A stretch of DNA of 64,000 nucleotides from assembly GCA_010909165.1 (NCBI GenBank), contig MU008157.1, forward strand, positions 1,054,001 through 1,118,000, given 5' to 3'. The notes beneath the pieces were generated by a model, which saw only the letters and a list, made by a program, of their open reading frames with translations, searched no databases and was not told the DNA's origin. The DNA is from Anthoceros angustus (Eukaryota; Plantae; Anthocerotophyta). The translations under genes were made by a program, and so were the position numbers. Positions 48,534 through 62,300 of the stretch are shown here, piece by piece. Positions within the stretch are counted from its first letter, which is position 1. Each line of letters opens with the position of its first letter.

Positions 48534-49650
48534 CTAGTTTCTCGTCATAGTCAAACTCTTGCAGCATAATACCCACGGCAATCCTTCACGAATCGGCTTG
48601 TTGACAAGATACTTCAACGCAAAATGGTCAACATGAAGCGTCACCTTGCAAGCAAGCGGATAGTGTCTAAACTTCTTACGAGTAAATGATACCAAGACCC
48701 TCCGCTCCGTGGTTGAGTAGTTCTTTTCGGCATCCGTGAGTGTACCCGCATAGAAAAATCGGATGATCCGTTTCTTCTCATCTTCCGACTTAAGACGGTC
48801 CCAATGGCATAGCGGACACATCCACGTATCGTGAAACGGCTTCTCCCAATCGGTTGTAAGTTGGCGCTCACCAAGCATCCTTCAAGCTGAAAAGCCTCTC
48901 TTGCATTGGTCCATTCGAAGGTGTATCCTTCTTGGTCAATTGTGTCAACAAGGCTGCCTTCTTGGCGAAATCCTTGATGAACCTCTGTACCCACTAGTCC
49001 TACAAAAGCTTGCAGCATGTTTTGTGTCTCAAGACATCGTCTCCAATAATCAGAGCTCACATACCTTGCTAGGTTCTAACTCTAGGTCTTCAAACTCGAT
49101 GTGCCAACAAAATACCTCCGTCATACCAAAATAACACTTCCGGATGAAGTTTCATGTTCGACTCCTGCAAAACATTGCCTCAAATGGTCTAAATGGTTCT
49201 CTCTCCCAACACGCAAATCATCCAGAATACCTCCATGAACTTCTCGGAAATCTCGAATATCGCGTTCACCACCGTTGGAAAGTGGCGGGGCATTGCACAA
49301 CCCGAAGGGAGCTTGAATAAGCGTAAGTTCCCCAATCCGTGGTGAATGTTGTCTTGTCCTGATCCTCCTTCGAGCAAATTTGATTGTACCCAGAATACCC
49401 GTCCAAGAAACTGTACATCTCATGTCCACATCGTGTCCAGACTGTCCATGAAAGGTAAAGGGTGATGATCCTTCTTCGTTGCTTCATTGAGCTTCACGAA
49501 ATCTTGACACCGAACCTTTCCTGCCGCTTCTTTGGTACAATCACGATGGGGCGACCCACTCCGGTGAGCACCGGATAAATTACCCCACCTCCAAATATTG
49601 GTCGGTGATCCTTAACAACCATGGAATACTTGGGATTCACAGATTGCTTG
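48534..49650 (-). pseudogene. Ty3/Gypsy RT + RNase H, frameshifted
   Basis: GHEMYSFLDGYSGYNQI, KTTFTTDWGTY, PFGLCNAP, FMEVF; RNase H WEKPFH, AEKNYSTTER, KFRHY, HVDHFALKYLVNKP. Confidence 0.88.
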
Positions 49651-50033
49651 ATCCTCAAGTCTTGCCCTCCTTCAAATCGATTCGATGTATCCCAATTCTT
49701 CCGGTATCTGTCATGTCAAGAATCTTGAAGGCAAACACATCGACATATTCTCTAAGCACTCTGAAACTCTTCTTTTCTATCCGCCTAGGTACTTAGAAAT
49801 CTTGACTACCTTGCTAGGTTCTAACTCTAGGTCTTCTACCGATCGGATCTACATATGTTCCTCCTACCTATCTTGGTTCGGATCCCTCTTAGGAAAATCT
49901 CGATCATAGGCCTTACCCTTCCAAAGGCTACTCCTTCCTATGTGCCTCATCCTCGGACTCTCTCTTCCTCTATATGTAAGCATACACCAAAATCACTCTT
50001 TATTTGACCTCACCGAGACCCCGATATGCTTGG

Positions 50034-50487
50034 TCACCGCCCGAGGAGCTTACCCCGTGCTACGAGGTGTACCGACCGGATTGCGACTCCCCTCATAGGA
50101 GCCTTGCTCCATGACACAAAAGCGATCGCAGTCCGTTTCTCTTGGACTTGAAGGTGATGCCACTCGACCAAAATCAAAAACACACGCAGACCATACAACC
50201 AAGGCCTACCTATCAAAACCTTATAGCCTAAATCCAAACCGCCGCATCACAATGTAGGTAAGATGGAAGGTGAGACCCCAATCATAGTGGGTACATTCCT
50301 CCAATGGCTTTCTCCTGTCAGTGCCATCGTAAAAATACTCGGGCGGGTGAAACTCGGTGAACCCAAGTTGATGAGTCTCCTCCGTCATCAAGTTGACTCC
50401 GATCCCGAATCTAATGGCACGTTGGGCACCAAACACCGCAATCTCAACCTCAATCTCGGGTGCCCCAAAATCAACGAGTTCGACCAC
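50034..50487 (-). pseudogene. Gypsy aspartic protease, degraded duplicate
   Basis: PEIEVEIA..GVNLMTEE..LIGRPWL; duplicates 51819-52300 with more indels. Confidence 0.8.
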
Positions 50488-50941
50488 ATTTACCTCCTCC
50501 GGCGTTTCTCCTCCCTACGCTTGAGATTCCCCGATCGCCTCCTTCACAATTTTGCGGGATCTCGGACTCACTTAAACAGCATCTCAGGCCACAAATTCGC
50601 GGTCAAGTAATGCGTCGTGGCCCGGAGATCTTATCGACAAGGTTTCCTCCCGCTTGCAGCCACAGCCAGTCGACTCGACCTTATTGGTAAAGTTCGATTC
50701 CATGATCCCTCCTATCGGTGGGATCCATACCGTGGATCCACAATTCGCTCGCGACCTCCGCTTCCGTCGGGTGAGCTGTTTAATTCATCTTCCGGCCGCT
50801 ACTTCTCGGCTAATGTCGGGAAGCGATTCGTTCCTCCCCTCCTTTGGCCCTTCTTCCACGATTGCCATTGCGTTGGGATCTTTTTCTTCTATGCTTCTTT
50901 GGAAGCTTGCACCGAATGTTGTATCGACATAGAATGTATGA

Positions 50942-51005
50942 CCACTTCTAAGTTCCACGTCGCTCCACTTCTAAGTTCCACGTCGCTCCACTTCTAAGTT
51001 CCACG
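50942..51005. repeat. 23-bp tandem array, ~2.8 copies
   Basis: Same unit as at 25499. Confidence 0.9.
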
Positions 51006-51818
51006 GCTCGGAGGCCAGGTGAGTCGTCCCTCACCTTCCTCCTTCCTTTCCTCGTGCCGCCCGTTTTCCGCTCGGCCTTTCTCTCGGGCGATCGGTGGTC
51101 ACCTGGCCACCATCAACCCCTTCATCGCTCATCTCTCCTTCATACCTTGCTCTATAGCTTATGGAAGATGAAGTTTACCATGATTGTTCGATAATTGTTC
51201 ATGGACACCATTCAATAACTTCAGATCAAAACTAAACATGGTTCTACGTTGGAAAGAAACAAAACCGAATGTCCAATTGTGCATTGAGGAGGACCTTGGT
51301 CACATTGCCGCCATTGAAGTTGCTTGGCATCTTCGTTTTCCTCAACTTCTTCCTCATCAACCGCTTGCGTAAGCACCGGCGATTGTGGTCGTAGCCTATG
51401 GATCATTCCTTTGCAGGAGCTTACCCCGTGCACAGGATCCCCATTTTATGTCCCAATTCTTCCGGTATCTGTCATGTCAAGAATCTTGAAGGCAAACACA
51501 TCGACATATTCTCTAAGCACTCTGAAACTCTTCTTTTCTATCCGCCTAGGTACTTAGAAATCTTGACTACCTTGCTAGGTTCTAACTCTAGGTCTTCTAC
51601 CGATCGGATCTACATATGTTCCTCCTACCTATCTTGGTTCGGATCCCTCTTAGGAAAATCTCGATCATAGGCCACCCTTCCAAAGGCTACTCCTTCCTAT
51701 GTGCCTCATCCTCGGACTCTCTCTTCCTCTATATGTAAGCATACACCAAAATCACTCTTTATTTGACCTCACCGAGACCCCGATATGCTTGGTCACCGCC
51801 CGAGGAGCTTACCCCGTG

Positions 51819-52592
51819 CTACAGGTGTACCGACCGGATTGCGACTCCCCTCATAGGAGCCTTGCTCCATGACACAAAAGCGATCGCCGCAGGTCCGTTT
51901 CTACTGGACTTGAAGGTGATGCCACTACGACCAAAATCAAAAACACACGCAGTACCATACAACCAAGGCCTACCTATCAAAACCTTATAGCCTAAATCCG
52001 AAACCGGCCGCATCACAATGTAGGTAAGATGGAAGGTGAGACCCCCAATCATAGTGGGTACATTCTTCAGCACCCCCAATGGCTTCCTCCTTGTCTGGTC
52101 GGCCATCCGTAAAAATACTCGGGCCGGGTGAAACTCAGTGAACCCAAGTTGATGAGCTGTCTCCTCCGTCATCAAGTTGACTCCCGATCCCGAATCTAAT
52201 GGCACGTTGGGCACCAAACACCCTGCAATCTCAACCTCAATCTCGGGTGCCCCCAAATCAACGAGTTCGACCACATTTACCTCCACTGGCCGTTTTCTCA
52301 CTCCTACTGCTTCAGGGATTCCCCTGATCGCCTCCTTCACAATTTTGCGGGATCTCGGACTCACCGCAAGCAACTGTCTCAAGCTGACCACAAATTCGCG
52401 GTCAAGTAATGCGTCAGCGAAACTGGAGATCTTATCTGACAAGGTTTCCTCCCCGTTTGCAGCCCTGGCGCTGGTCGATTCCGACCTTATTGGTAAAGTT
52501 TCCGATTCCATGATCCCTCCTATCGGTGGGATCCATACCCGGATCCACAATTTTGCGGGATCTCGGACTCCCCTCCTTTGGCCCTTCTTCAT
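51819..52592 (-). CDS. Gypsy gag-pol fragment with aspartic protease (257-aa open frame)
   Basis: EVEIAGCLVPNVPLDSGSGVNLM..LRMADQT..LGVLKNV..VLIGRPWL (retropepsin DSG motif). Confidence 0.85.
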   Translation of the reverse strand: MKKGQRRGVRDPAKLWIRVWIPPIGGIMESETLPIRSESTSARAANGEETLSDKISSFADALLDREFVVSLRQLLAVSPRSRKIVKEAIRGIPEAVGVRKRPVEVNVVELVDLGAPEIEVEIAGCLVPNVPLDSGSGVNLMTEETAHQLGFTEFHPARVFLRMADQTRRKPLGVLKNVPTMIGGLTFHLTYIVMRPVSDLGYKVLIGRPWLYGTACVFDFGRSGITFKSSRNGPAAIAFVSWSKAPMRGVAIRSVHL

Positions 52593-52671
52593 TGCTTGGC
52601 ATCTTCGTTTTCCTCAACTTCTTCCTCATCAACCGCTTGCACCGAATGTTGTATCGACATAGAATGTATGA

Positions 52672-52872
52672 CCACTTCTAAGTTCCACGTCGCTCCACTT
52701 CTAAGTTCCACGTCGCTCCACTTCTAAGTTCCACGTCGCTCCACTTCTAAGTTCCACGTCGCTCCACTTCTAAGTTCCACGTCGCTCCACTTCTAAGTTC
52801 CACGTCGCTCCACTTCTAAGTTCCACGTCGCTCCACTTCTAAGTTCCACGTCGCTCCACTTCTAAGTTCCAC
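52672..52872. repeat. 23-bp tandem array, ~8.7 identical copies
   Basis: (CCACTTCTAAGTTCCACGTCGCT)n with no spacers. Confidence 0.96.
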
Positions 52873-53389
52873 GGCTCGGAGGCCAGGTGAGTCGTCCCTC
52901 ACCTTCCTCCGCTTCCTTTCCTCGTGCGCACGCCGTTTTTCCGCATTCGCCTTTCTCGATCGGTGGTCACCTGGCCACCATCAACCCCTTCATCGCTCAT
53001 CTCTCCTTCATACCCTTCTTTGGAAGCTTGCACGGCATGTTTTGTGTCTCGACATCGTCTCCAATAATCGTAGCTCACATACCTTGCTCTATAGCTCGCC
53101 ATATAGATTGGCCATTGCATTTGGCACGAGTTTGTGTTTCTAATATGCAAAAAGAATGTGCATTGAGGAGGACCTTGGTCACATTGCCGCCATTGAAGTT
53201 GCTTGGCGTCCTCAATCGGTTTGAATTCTCACGGTCTGGTGTCACTCGCGCCACCCCGTGCACAGGATCCCCATTTTATGTCCAATTCACATACCGCAAA
53301 AGGGCACATAACCCACTTGCTTCCGAGGTTCGGGCATTCGCTTGAGTACCATGTAGACCGACATCTTTCTCTATGGTCCTTGGGCAAAG

Positions 53390-56300
53390 AACACATTTTG
53401 TGCACATCTTCTAATGCAAAAAGAATGTGCATCTACCTAGATTTGCAGCCATAGATTTTCTAGAAAAATCAACACAAACATCATTTTTGATTATCTTTGT
53501 TTCATTGAATTTAGACTTCATTTCTAATCAAGGAACAACAAAGAACACATTTTGTGCACATCTTCTAATGCAAAAAGAATGTGCATCTACCTAGATGCAA
53601 CATACATAGTATGCTATGATACCATGACTATAAGAACTATAATTATAAGGACTATATAGGTCAATTAATAATAAATAAAGAATAATTACATTGTATTCAT
53701 CGAGAAAAACAACTTGCTTATGCATGAGAAGACAACTTCATGTCTATTCACCTAATGACATAACCCTAACGAACGGGTATTTGTAAATAATTCTAAGTAC
53801 TTACACATGCCTCCTATGGGATAGTACCCTAAACCCTCATCATAATCCCAACACTCTATTTCATCACCTTGTCGCCTTGTTTCAGCCTTTTCTATAGCTC
53901 GCCATATAGATGCACAAGGGAAGAGGGCCAAGTGGCAGCCATGTCTCGCCGGCGTTGCTTGGGAAGTGCTTGGCGTCCTCAATCGCTTTGAATTCTCACG
54001 GTCTGCGGTGTTGGTAGGCAATCTATGAACCGCCTTGATGAGACCATCTTAGACTCCGGCGTTCTTCATTGCTTGCCATAGTACTCAATAGATCGGTACC
54101 TTGTCAAAGGCTTTGGCGAGGTCAATAAAGCAACATCTTCGTTTGTTACCCTTTTTTCCCGATTAGGAGTGGAGTTCAATTAGGTGGGCTTGCCCGCTAT
54201 ATATCCTTCTTTGGAAGCTTGCGGCATGTTTTGTGTCTCGACATCGTCTCCAATAATCGTAGCTCACATACCTTGCTCTATAGCTTATGGAAGATGAAGT
54301 TTACCATGATTGTTCGATAATTGTTCATCATCATGTTATCACATGACTTGTAGTGGTATATGAGATACTCTTTCTCCGATCGGTGGTAGTTCCCCTGTCT
54401 TGTATACCCCCTCAAAGTAGCTTAGTGATATGTTGCTAAAGGTAAGTTGGTGTCTATAGTTGGTTTTACGATGTCTGCTATGAGGCCCACCTTATGAATT
54501 GCCCTGCCACAACAAGATAAGAGCGTTTCAAAGGTTTGTCACTAATGTGAGCACTTAAGCATGCTTGTACCCGAATGTCCAATTGTGCATTGAGGAGGAC
54601 CTTGGTCACATTGCCGCCATTGAAGTTGCTTGGGCGCCCGTGCCGCCCAGGCTGGTTCTGAATATTCAGCCGTCCTTGTGTACCTTGACCTCCACTAGTG
54701 GAATTTAAGATGCATTTATTAGCCTCTAACAGAAACTTTGAAATATCGACGAAGACCCACTCGTTTCTATTGTCTTTCACAATTGTTTTTAATATACTTA
54801 GCGTTCTTTAAAAGTTTTGAATATAGAATTTTTACAGATTTGTTCTAACCATTGGTTTACATAAGGTCTTCAAATATAAAGATGTTTTAGAAATTATTTT
54901 CTTTCTTTGTTTTGTCATGGATTTCAAATCGTTGCCCTTGGTTGAAGTGGAGTCCAACTTTGACACTCTTTTAAGTTGGATGAGAGGTTCATAATGTTCT
55001 CTCTTTGCATCAAATAGAATACTTAAAGGTCTTGGCGTAGAAGAGGCGTATCATATTTACACATCAACGTCTTGCTTTGCATCGACCATACGAATATCCT
55101 TCTCCTCAAGGCTACACTTAACCATTGGATGGCAGTTGCATCACCCCATAAACCGTTTAACTTTGCTGGCAATTTCATATTATATATATCTTTGTTTGAT
55201 ATTTCGATATTTGGTCCATGGATGGCAACCAAGACCTCACGAATATATTTCCACATTGCCATTGCGTTGGGATCTTTTCTTCTATGCTTCTTTCCAATTG
55301 CGACATTGCTTTGATTCGCAGTTCCGCAGATGTTATTGTTCCATCCAATAAATATGCAATGGAGTCGAATAAGCGATGCCTACAATGTATCGGAAATCTT
55401 CACTTGTTTCAAGTCCATTATGTCGTAAAGCGGTGTATATATCCGGTAATTGTGTGCTCGTTTCCATTTGTTACGAGTCCTCAAAAATCTATTGTTTCTT
55501 GAAGAAAACTTCATGTAGCTACGGACATATATGCAATAAGTTATTTTCTTGAAGAAATGTTGAATCGTAGGCATCACAAGTTTTTCCAATAAGAGTGCCT
55601 TATATGTGGAGGCCTACTTCACCTCTAAGTAATTGCCTTAAACATACTAGTGCTTGGGTGGGCAAAGCCTCGTTACCTTTAACCTCTTAAGTTATTTTGA
55701 TAAACAATAATTCCTACTTGCATGAGAAGACAACTTCATGTCTATTCACCTAATGACATAACCCTAACGAACGGGTATTTGTAAATAATTCTAAGTACTT
55801 ACACATGCCTCCTCTATGGGATAGTACCCTAAACCCTCATCATAATCCCAACACTCTATTTCATCACCTTGTCGCCTTGTTTCAGCCTTTTCTATAGCTC
55901 GCCATATAGATGCACAAGGAAGAGGGCCAAGTGGGCAGCCATGTCTCGCCGGCGTTGCTTGGGAAGTGCTTGGTGCGTCCTCAATCGGTTTGAATTCTCA
56001 CGGTCTGCGGTGTTGGTAGGCAATCTATGAACCGCCTTGATGAGACCATCTTAGACTCGGCGTTCTTCATTGCTTGCCATAGTACTCAATAGATCGTACC
56101 TTGTCAAAGGCTTTGGCGAGGTCAATAAAGCAACATAATGTCTTCGTTTGTTACCCTTTTTTCTGATTAGGAGTGGAGTTCAATTAGGTGGGCTTGCCGC
56201 TATATATCCTTCTTTGGAAGCTTGCACGGCATGTTTTGTGTCTCGACATCGTCTCCAATAATCGTAGCTCACATACCTTGCTCTATAGCTTATGGAAGAT

Positions 56301-59300
56301 GAAGTTTACCATGATTGTTCGATAATTGTTCATCATCATGTTATCACATGACTTGTAGCTGGTATATGAGATACTCTTTCTCCGATCGGTGGTAGTTCCC
56401 ATCTTGTATACCCCTCAAAGTAGCTTAGTGATATGTTGCTAAAGGTAAGTGGTGTCTATAGTTGGTTTTAGGATGTCGCCTTATGAATTGCCCCGCCACA
56501 ACAAGATAAGAGCGTTTCAAAGGTTTGTCACTAATGTGAGCACCTAAGCATGCTTGCACCGAATGTCAATTGTGCATTGAGGAGGACCTTGGTCACATTG
56601 CCGCCATTGAAGTTGCTTGGCGCCGTGCCGCCAGCTGGTTCTGAATATTCAGCCGTCCTTGTGTACCTTGACCTCCACTAGTGGAATTTAAGATGCATTT
56701 ATTAGCCTCTAATGAAACTTTGAATATCGTGAAGACCCACTCGTTTCTATTGTCTTTCACAATTGTTTTTAATATACTTGCGTTCTTTAAAAGTTTTGAA
56801 TATAGAATTTTTACAGATTTGTTCTAACCATTGGTTTACATAAGGTCTTCAAATATAAAGATGTTTTAGAAATTATTTTCTTTTCTTTGTTTTGTCATGG
56901 ATTTCAAATCGTTGCCCTTGGTTGAAGTGGAGTCCAACTTTGACACTCTTTTAAGTTGGATGAGAGGTTCATAATGTTCTCTTTGCATCAAATAGAATAC
57001 TTAAAGGTCTTGGCGTAGAAGAGGCGGGCGTATCATATTTACACATCAACGTCTTGCTTTGCATCGACCATACGAATATCCTTCTCCTCAAGGCTACACT
57101 TAACCATTGGATGGCGGTTGCATCACCCCATAAGCCGTTTAACTTTGCTGGCAATTTCATATTATATATATCTTGATATTTCGATATTTGGTCCATGGAT
57201 GGCAACCAAGACCTCACGAATATATTTCCACAGTTGCCATTGCGTTGGGATCTTTTCTTCTATGCTTCTTTCCAATTGCGACATTGCTTTGATTCGCGAT
57301 TCGCAGATGTTATTGTTCCATCCAATAAATATGCAATGGAGTCGAATAAATGCCTACAATGTATCGGAAATCTTCACTTGTTTCAAGTCCATTATGTCGT
57401 AAAGCGGTGTATATATCCGTAATTGTGTGCTCGTTTCCATTTGTTACGAGTCCTCAAAATCTATTGTTTCTTGAAGAAAACTTCATGTAGCTACACGGAC
57501 ATATATGCAATAAGTTATTTCTTGAAGAAATGTTGAATCGTAGGCATCACAAGTTTTTCCAATAAGAGTGCCTTATATGTGGAGGCCTACTTCACCTCTA
57601 AGTAATTGCCTTAAACATACTAGTGCTTAGGGTCCGAGCAAAGCCTCGTTACCTTTAACCTCTTAAGTTATTTTGATAAACAATAATTCCTACTTGCATG
57701 CATGATTTCGTACTCATAGATAGAGGCTTATTTCATCTATAAGTAACCACTTTAAATGATTAGTTTGCTTGGAATTTAAGCAAAGCCAACGGAATGAAAT
57801 ACGTATGTAGCTAGAAAGACATATATAGCGATGTTGTTCATGACGAAACTTTGAAAAATATTATATATATTTATACAATAACATATATTATTAATATATT
57901 TTTGAAGTTCCAAGGTCTAAAGTCTAAGGTTTTAGAAAAGCCTTGCAATTAAGGTGGCATGTTACTTACCTACCACGAGGGTGACCCCTACCGCTCACAT
58001 TTGGCACCTACTCTCCTCACCACAAGGTGGTTTCGACCCGTTCTTTTCCTAAGTATCCTCCTTGCCTTCCTAACAACATCCTACAACTCAAGTTCCAAAA
58101 GAACCAAAAAGCATGCTTCCTCTACACCATTTCTAATCAAAAGAAGTTGAACTGTTGCAAAACAAACTCACTTGATCCGATGGCGGAACTTTTGCGTTCC
58201 CACGATGTTCTTTTATTCCCAACTTGTACTCGGCTTTGAGGCGTCACAATATATGGCCAGCTTTGCCTCCGCTCCATATCGTGCAATTAAGAATTGTCTT
58301 CATGAACTCCGGATGGAATTCTTCTAATGAGCGGTGTGCTTGAGTACCATGTAGACCGACATCTTTCTCTATGGTCCTTGGGCAAAGAACACAATAATTC
58401 TAGAAGGAGTCTGTTAATATGAACCCCTTCTTTTGGTTTTGGACCCCTTTCACGAAGTCGACACAATCCTTAATACGACATTACCCTTGTTGTTCCGTCC
58501 ACAAACAAAAAGTCTGCATTTTTCTATTGACATGATAGAGAGCCTATGTAGAGCGCCGGCCGCCCTCCGTGATGTGTTCATGGACACCATTCAATAACTT
58601 CGGATCAAAACTAAACATGGTTCTACGTTGGAAAGAAACAAAACCGAATGTTGTATCGACATAGAATGTATGACCACTTCTAAGTTCCACGTCGCTCCAC
58701 TTCTAGGTCTTCAAACCGCTCGTTCTTGCCCATTGCTTGGCATCTTCGTTTTCCTCAACTTCTTCCTCATCAACTGCTTGCGTAAGCACCGAGCGATTGT
58801 GGTCGTAGCCTATGGATCATTCCTTTGCCGTTCGGTTTAGGAGAACATTCGTGCACCTATTGGGCCTCTTAGAGATGAGTGGCGAGAGGCTGCCATCGCC
58901 ATATAGATTGGCCATTGCATTTGGCTTTGAGTTTGTGTTTCTAATATGCAAAACACAGTCTATTTTCTTTCTTGTAATTCTTTATATGTAGCTTAATCAG
59001 TGATTGTCCTAGTGTATCTCCATTGGAATTGCTCAAGGATGCAATCCAACAAAATAGTACACTAGGATTCCTACCTAGATTTGCAGCCATAGATTTTCTA
59101 GAGAAAAATCAACACAAACATCATTTTTGATTATCTTTGTTTCATTGAATTTAGACTTCATTTCTAATCAAGGAACAACAAAGAACACATTTTGTGCACA
59201 TCTTCTAATGCACAAAGAATGTGCATCTACCTAGATGCAACATACATAGTATGCTATGATACCATGACTATAAGAACTATAATTATAAGGACTATATAGG

Positions 59301-62300
59301 TCAATTAATAATAATAAAGAATAATTACATTGTATTCATCGAGAAAAACAACTTGCTTATGCATGAGAAGACAACTTCATGTCTATTCACCTAATGACAT
59401 AACCCTAACGAACGGGTATTTGTAAATAATTCTAAGTACTTACACATGCCTCCTCTATGGGATAGTACCCTAAACCCTCATCATAATCCCAACACTCTAT
59501 TTCATCACCTTGTCGCCTTGTTTCAGCCTTTTCTATAGCTCTGCCATATAGATGCACAAGGGAAGAGGGCCAAGTGGGCAGCCATGTCTCGCACCGGCGT
59601 TGCTTGGGAAGTGCTTGGTGCGTCCTCAATCAGTTTGAATTCTCACAGTGCAGTGTTGGTAGGCAATCTATGAACCGCCTTGATGAGACCATCTTAGACT
59701 CCGACGTTCTTCATTGCTTGCCATAGTACTCAATAGATCGGTACCTTGTCAAAGGCTTTGGCGAGGTCAATAAAGCAACATGTCTTCGTTTGTTACCCTT
59801 TTTTCCCGATTAGGAGTGGAGTTCAATTAGGTGGGCTTGCCGCTATATATCCTTCTTTGGAAGCTTGCACGGCATGTTTTGTGTCTCAAGACATCGTCTC
59901 CAATAATCAGCTCACATACCTTGCTCTATAGCTTATGGAAGATGAAGTTTACCATGATTGTTCGATAATTGTTCATCATCATGTTATCACATGACTTGTA
60001 GCTGGTATATGAGATACTCTTTCTCCGATCGGTGGTAGTTCCCTGTCTTGTATACCCCTCAAAGTAGCTTAGTGATATGTTGCTAAAGGTAAGTGGTGTC
60101 TATAGTTGGTTTTAGGATGTCGCCTTATGAATTGCCCCGCCACAACAAGATAAGAGCGTTTCAAAGGTTTGTCACTAATGTGAGCACCTAAGCATGCTTG
60201 CACCGAATGTCAATTGTGCATTGAGGAGGACCTTGGTCACATTGCCGCCATTGAAGTTGCTTGGCGCCGCAGGCTGGTTCTGAATATTCAGCCGTCCTTG
60301 TGTACCTTGACCTCCACTAGTGGAATTTAAGATGCATTTATTAGCCTCTAATGTAAACTTTGAATATCGATGAAGACCCACTCGTTTCTATTGTCTTTCA
60401 CAATTGTTTTTAATATACTTCGCGTTCTTTAAAAGTTTTGAATATAGAATTTTTTTACGAAGATTTGTTCTAACCATTGGTTTACATAAGGTCTTCAAAT
60501 ATAAAGATGTTTTAGAAATTATTTTTCTTTTCTTTGTTTTGTCATGGATTTCAAATGCGTTGCCCTTGGTTGAAGTGGAGTCCAACTTTGACACTCTTTT
60601 AAGTTGGATGAGAGGTTCATAATGTTCTCTCTTTGCATCAAATAGAATACTTAAAGGTCTTGACGTTGAAGAGGCGCGTATCATATTTACACATCAACGT
60701 CTTGCTTTGCATCGACCATACGAATATCCTTCTCCTCAAGGCTACACTTAACCATTGGATGGCGGTTGCATCACCCCATAAGCCGTTTAACTTTGCTGGC
60801 AATTTCATATTATATATATCTTGTTTGATATTTCGATATTTGGTCCATGGATGGCAACCAAGACCTCACGAATATATTTCCACGATTGCCATTGCGTTGG
60901 GATCTTTTCTTCTATGCTTCTTTCCAATTGCGACATTGCTTTGATTCGCAGATGTTATTGTTCCATCCAATAAATATGCAATGGAGTCGAATAAGCGATG
61001 CCTACAATGTATCGGAAATCTTCACTTGTTTCAAGTCCATTATGTCGTAAACGGTGTATATATCCGGTAATTGTGTGCTCGTTTCCATTTGTTACGAGTC
61101 CTCAAAATCTATTGTTTCTTGAAGAAAACTTCATGTAGCTACACGGACATATATGCGCAATAAGTTATTTCTTGAAGAAATGTTGAATCGTAGGCATCAC
61201 AAGTTTTTCCAATAAGAGTGCCTTATATGTGGAGGCCTACTTCACTTCTAAGTAATTGCCTTAAACATACTAGTCTGCTTAGGGTCTGAGCAAAGCCTCG
61301 TTACCTTTAACCTCTTAAGTTATTTTGATAAACAATAATTCCTACTTGCATGCATGATTTCGACTCATAGATAGAGGCTTATTTCATCTATAAGTAACCA
61401 CTTTAAGCAGTTAGTTTGCTTGGAATTTAAGCAAAGCCAACGGAATGAAATCGTATGTAGCTAGAAAGACATATATAGCGATGTTGTTCATGACCAAACT
61501 TTGAAAAATATTATATATATTTATACAATAACATATATTATTAATATATTTTTGAAGTTCCAAGGTCTAAAGTCTAAGGTTTTAGAAAAGCCTTGCAATT
61601 AAGGTGGCATGTTACTTACCTACCACGAGGTGACCCCCTACCGCTCACATTTGGCACCTACTCTCCTCACCACAAGGTGGTTTCGACCCGTTCTTTTCCC
61701 TAAGTATCCTCCTTGCCTTCCTAACAACATCCTACAACTCAAGTTCCAAAAGAACCAAAAACGTTCGGCATGCTTCCTCTACACCATTTCTAATCAAAAG
61801 AAGTTGAACCTGTTGCAAAACAAACTCACTTGATCCAGTGGCCGGAACTTTTGCGTTCCCACAGTGTTGCTGTTTTATTCCCAACTTGTACTCGGCTTTG
61901 AGGCGTCACAATATATGGCCAGCTTTGCCTCCTGCTCCATATCAGGCAATTTAAGAATTGTCTTCATGAACTCCAGATGGAATTCTTCTAATGAGCCAGT
62001 GTGCTTCAGGGAGTACCATGTAGACCGACATCTTTCTCTATGGTCCTTGGGCAAAGAACACAATAATTCAAGAAGGAGCTGTTAATATACGAACCCCCTT
62101 CTTTTGGTTTTGGACCCCTTTCACGAAGTCGACACAATCCTTAATACAGACATTACCCTTGTTGTTCCGTCCACAAACAAAAAGTCTGCATTTTTCTATT
62201 GACATGATAGAGAGCCTATGTAGAGCGCCCTCCGTGATGTGTTCATGGACACCATTCAATAACTTCAGATCAAAACTAAACATGGTTCTACGTTGGAAAG

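Noticed and set aside
52672-52872. 23-bp repeats as a CRISPR array
   Set aside because: Units are directly adjacent with no unique spacers, no cas genes are present, and the context is eukaryotic.
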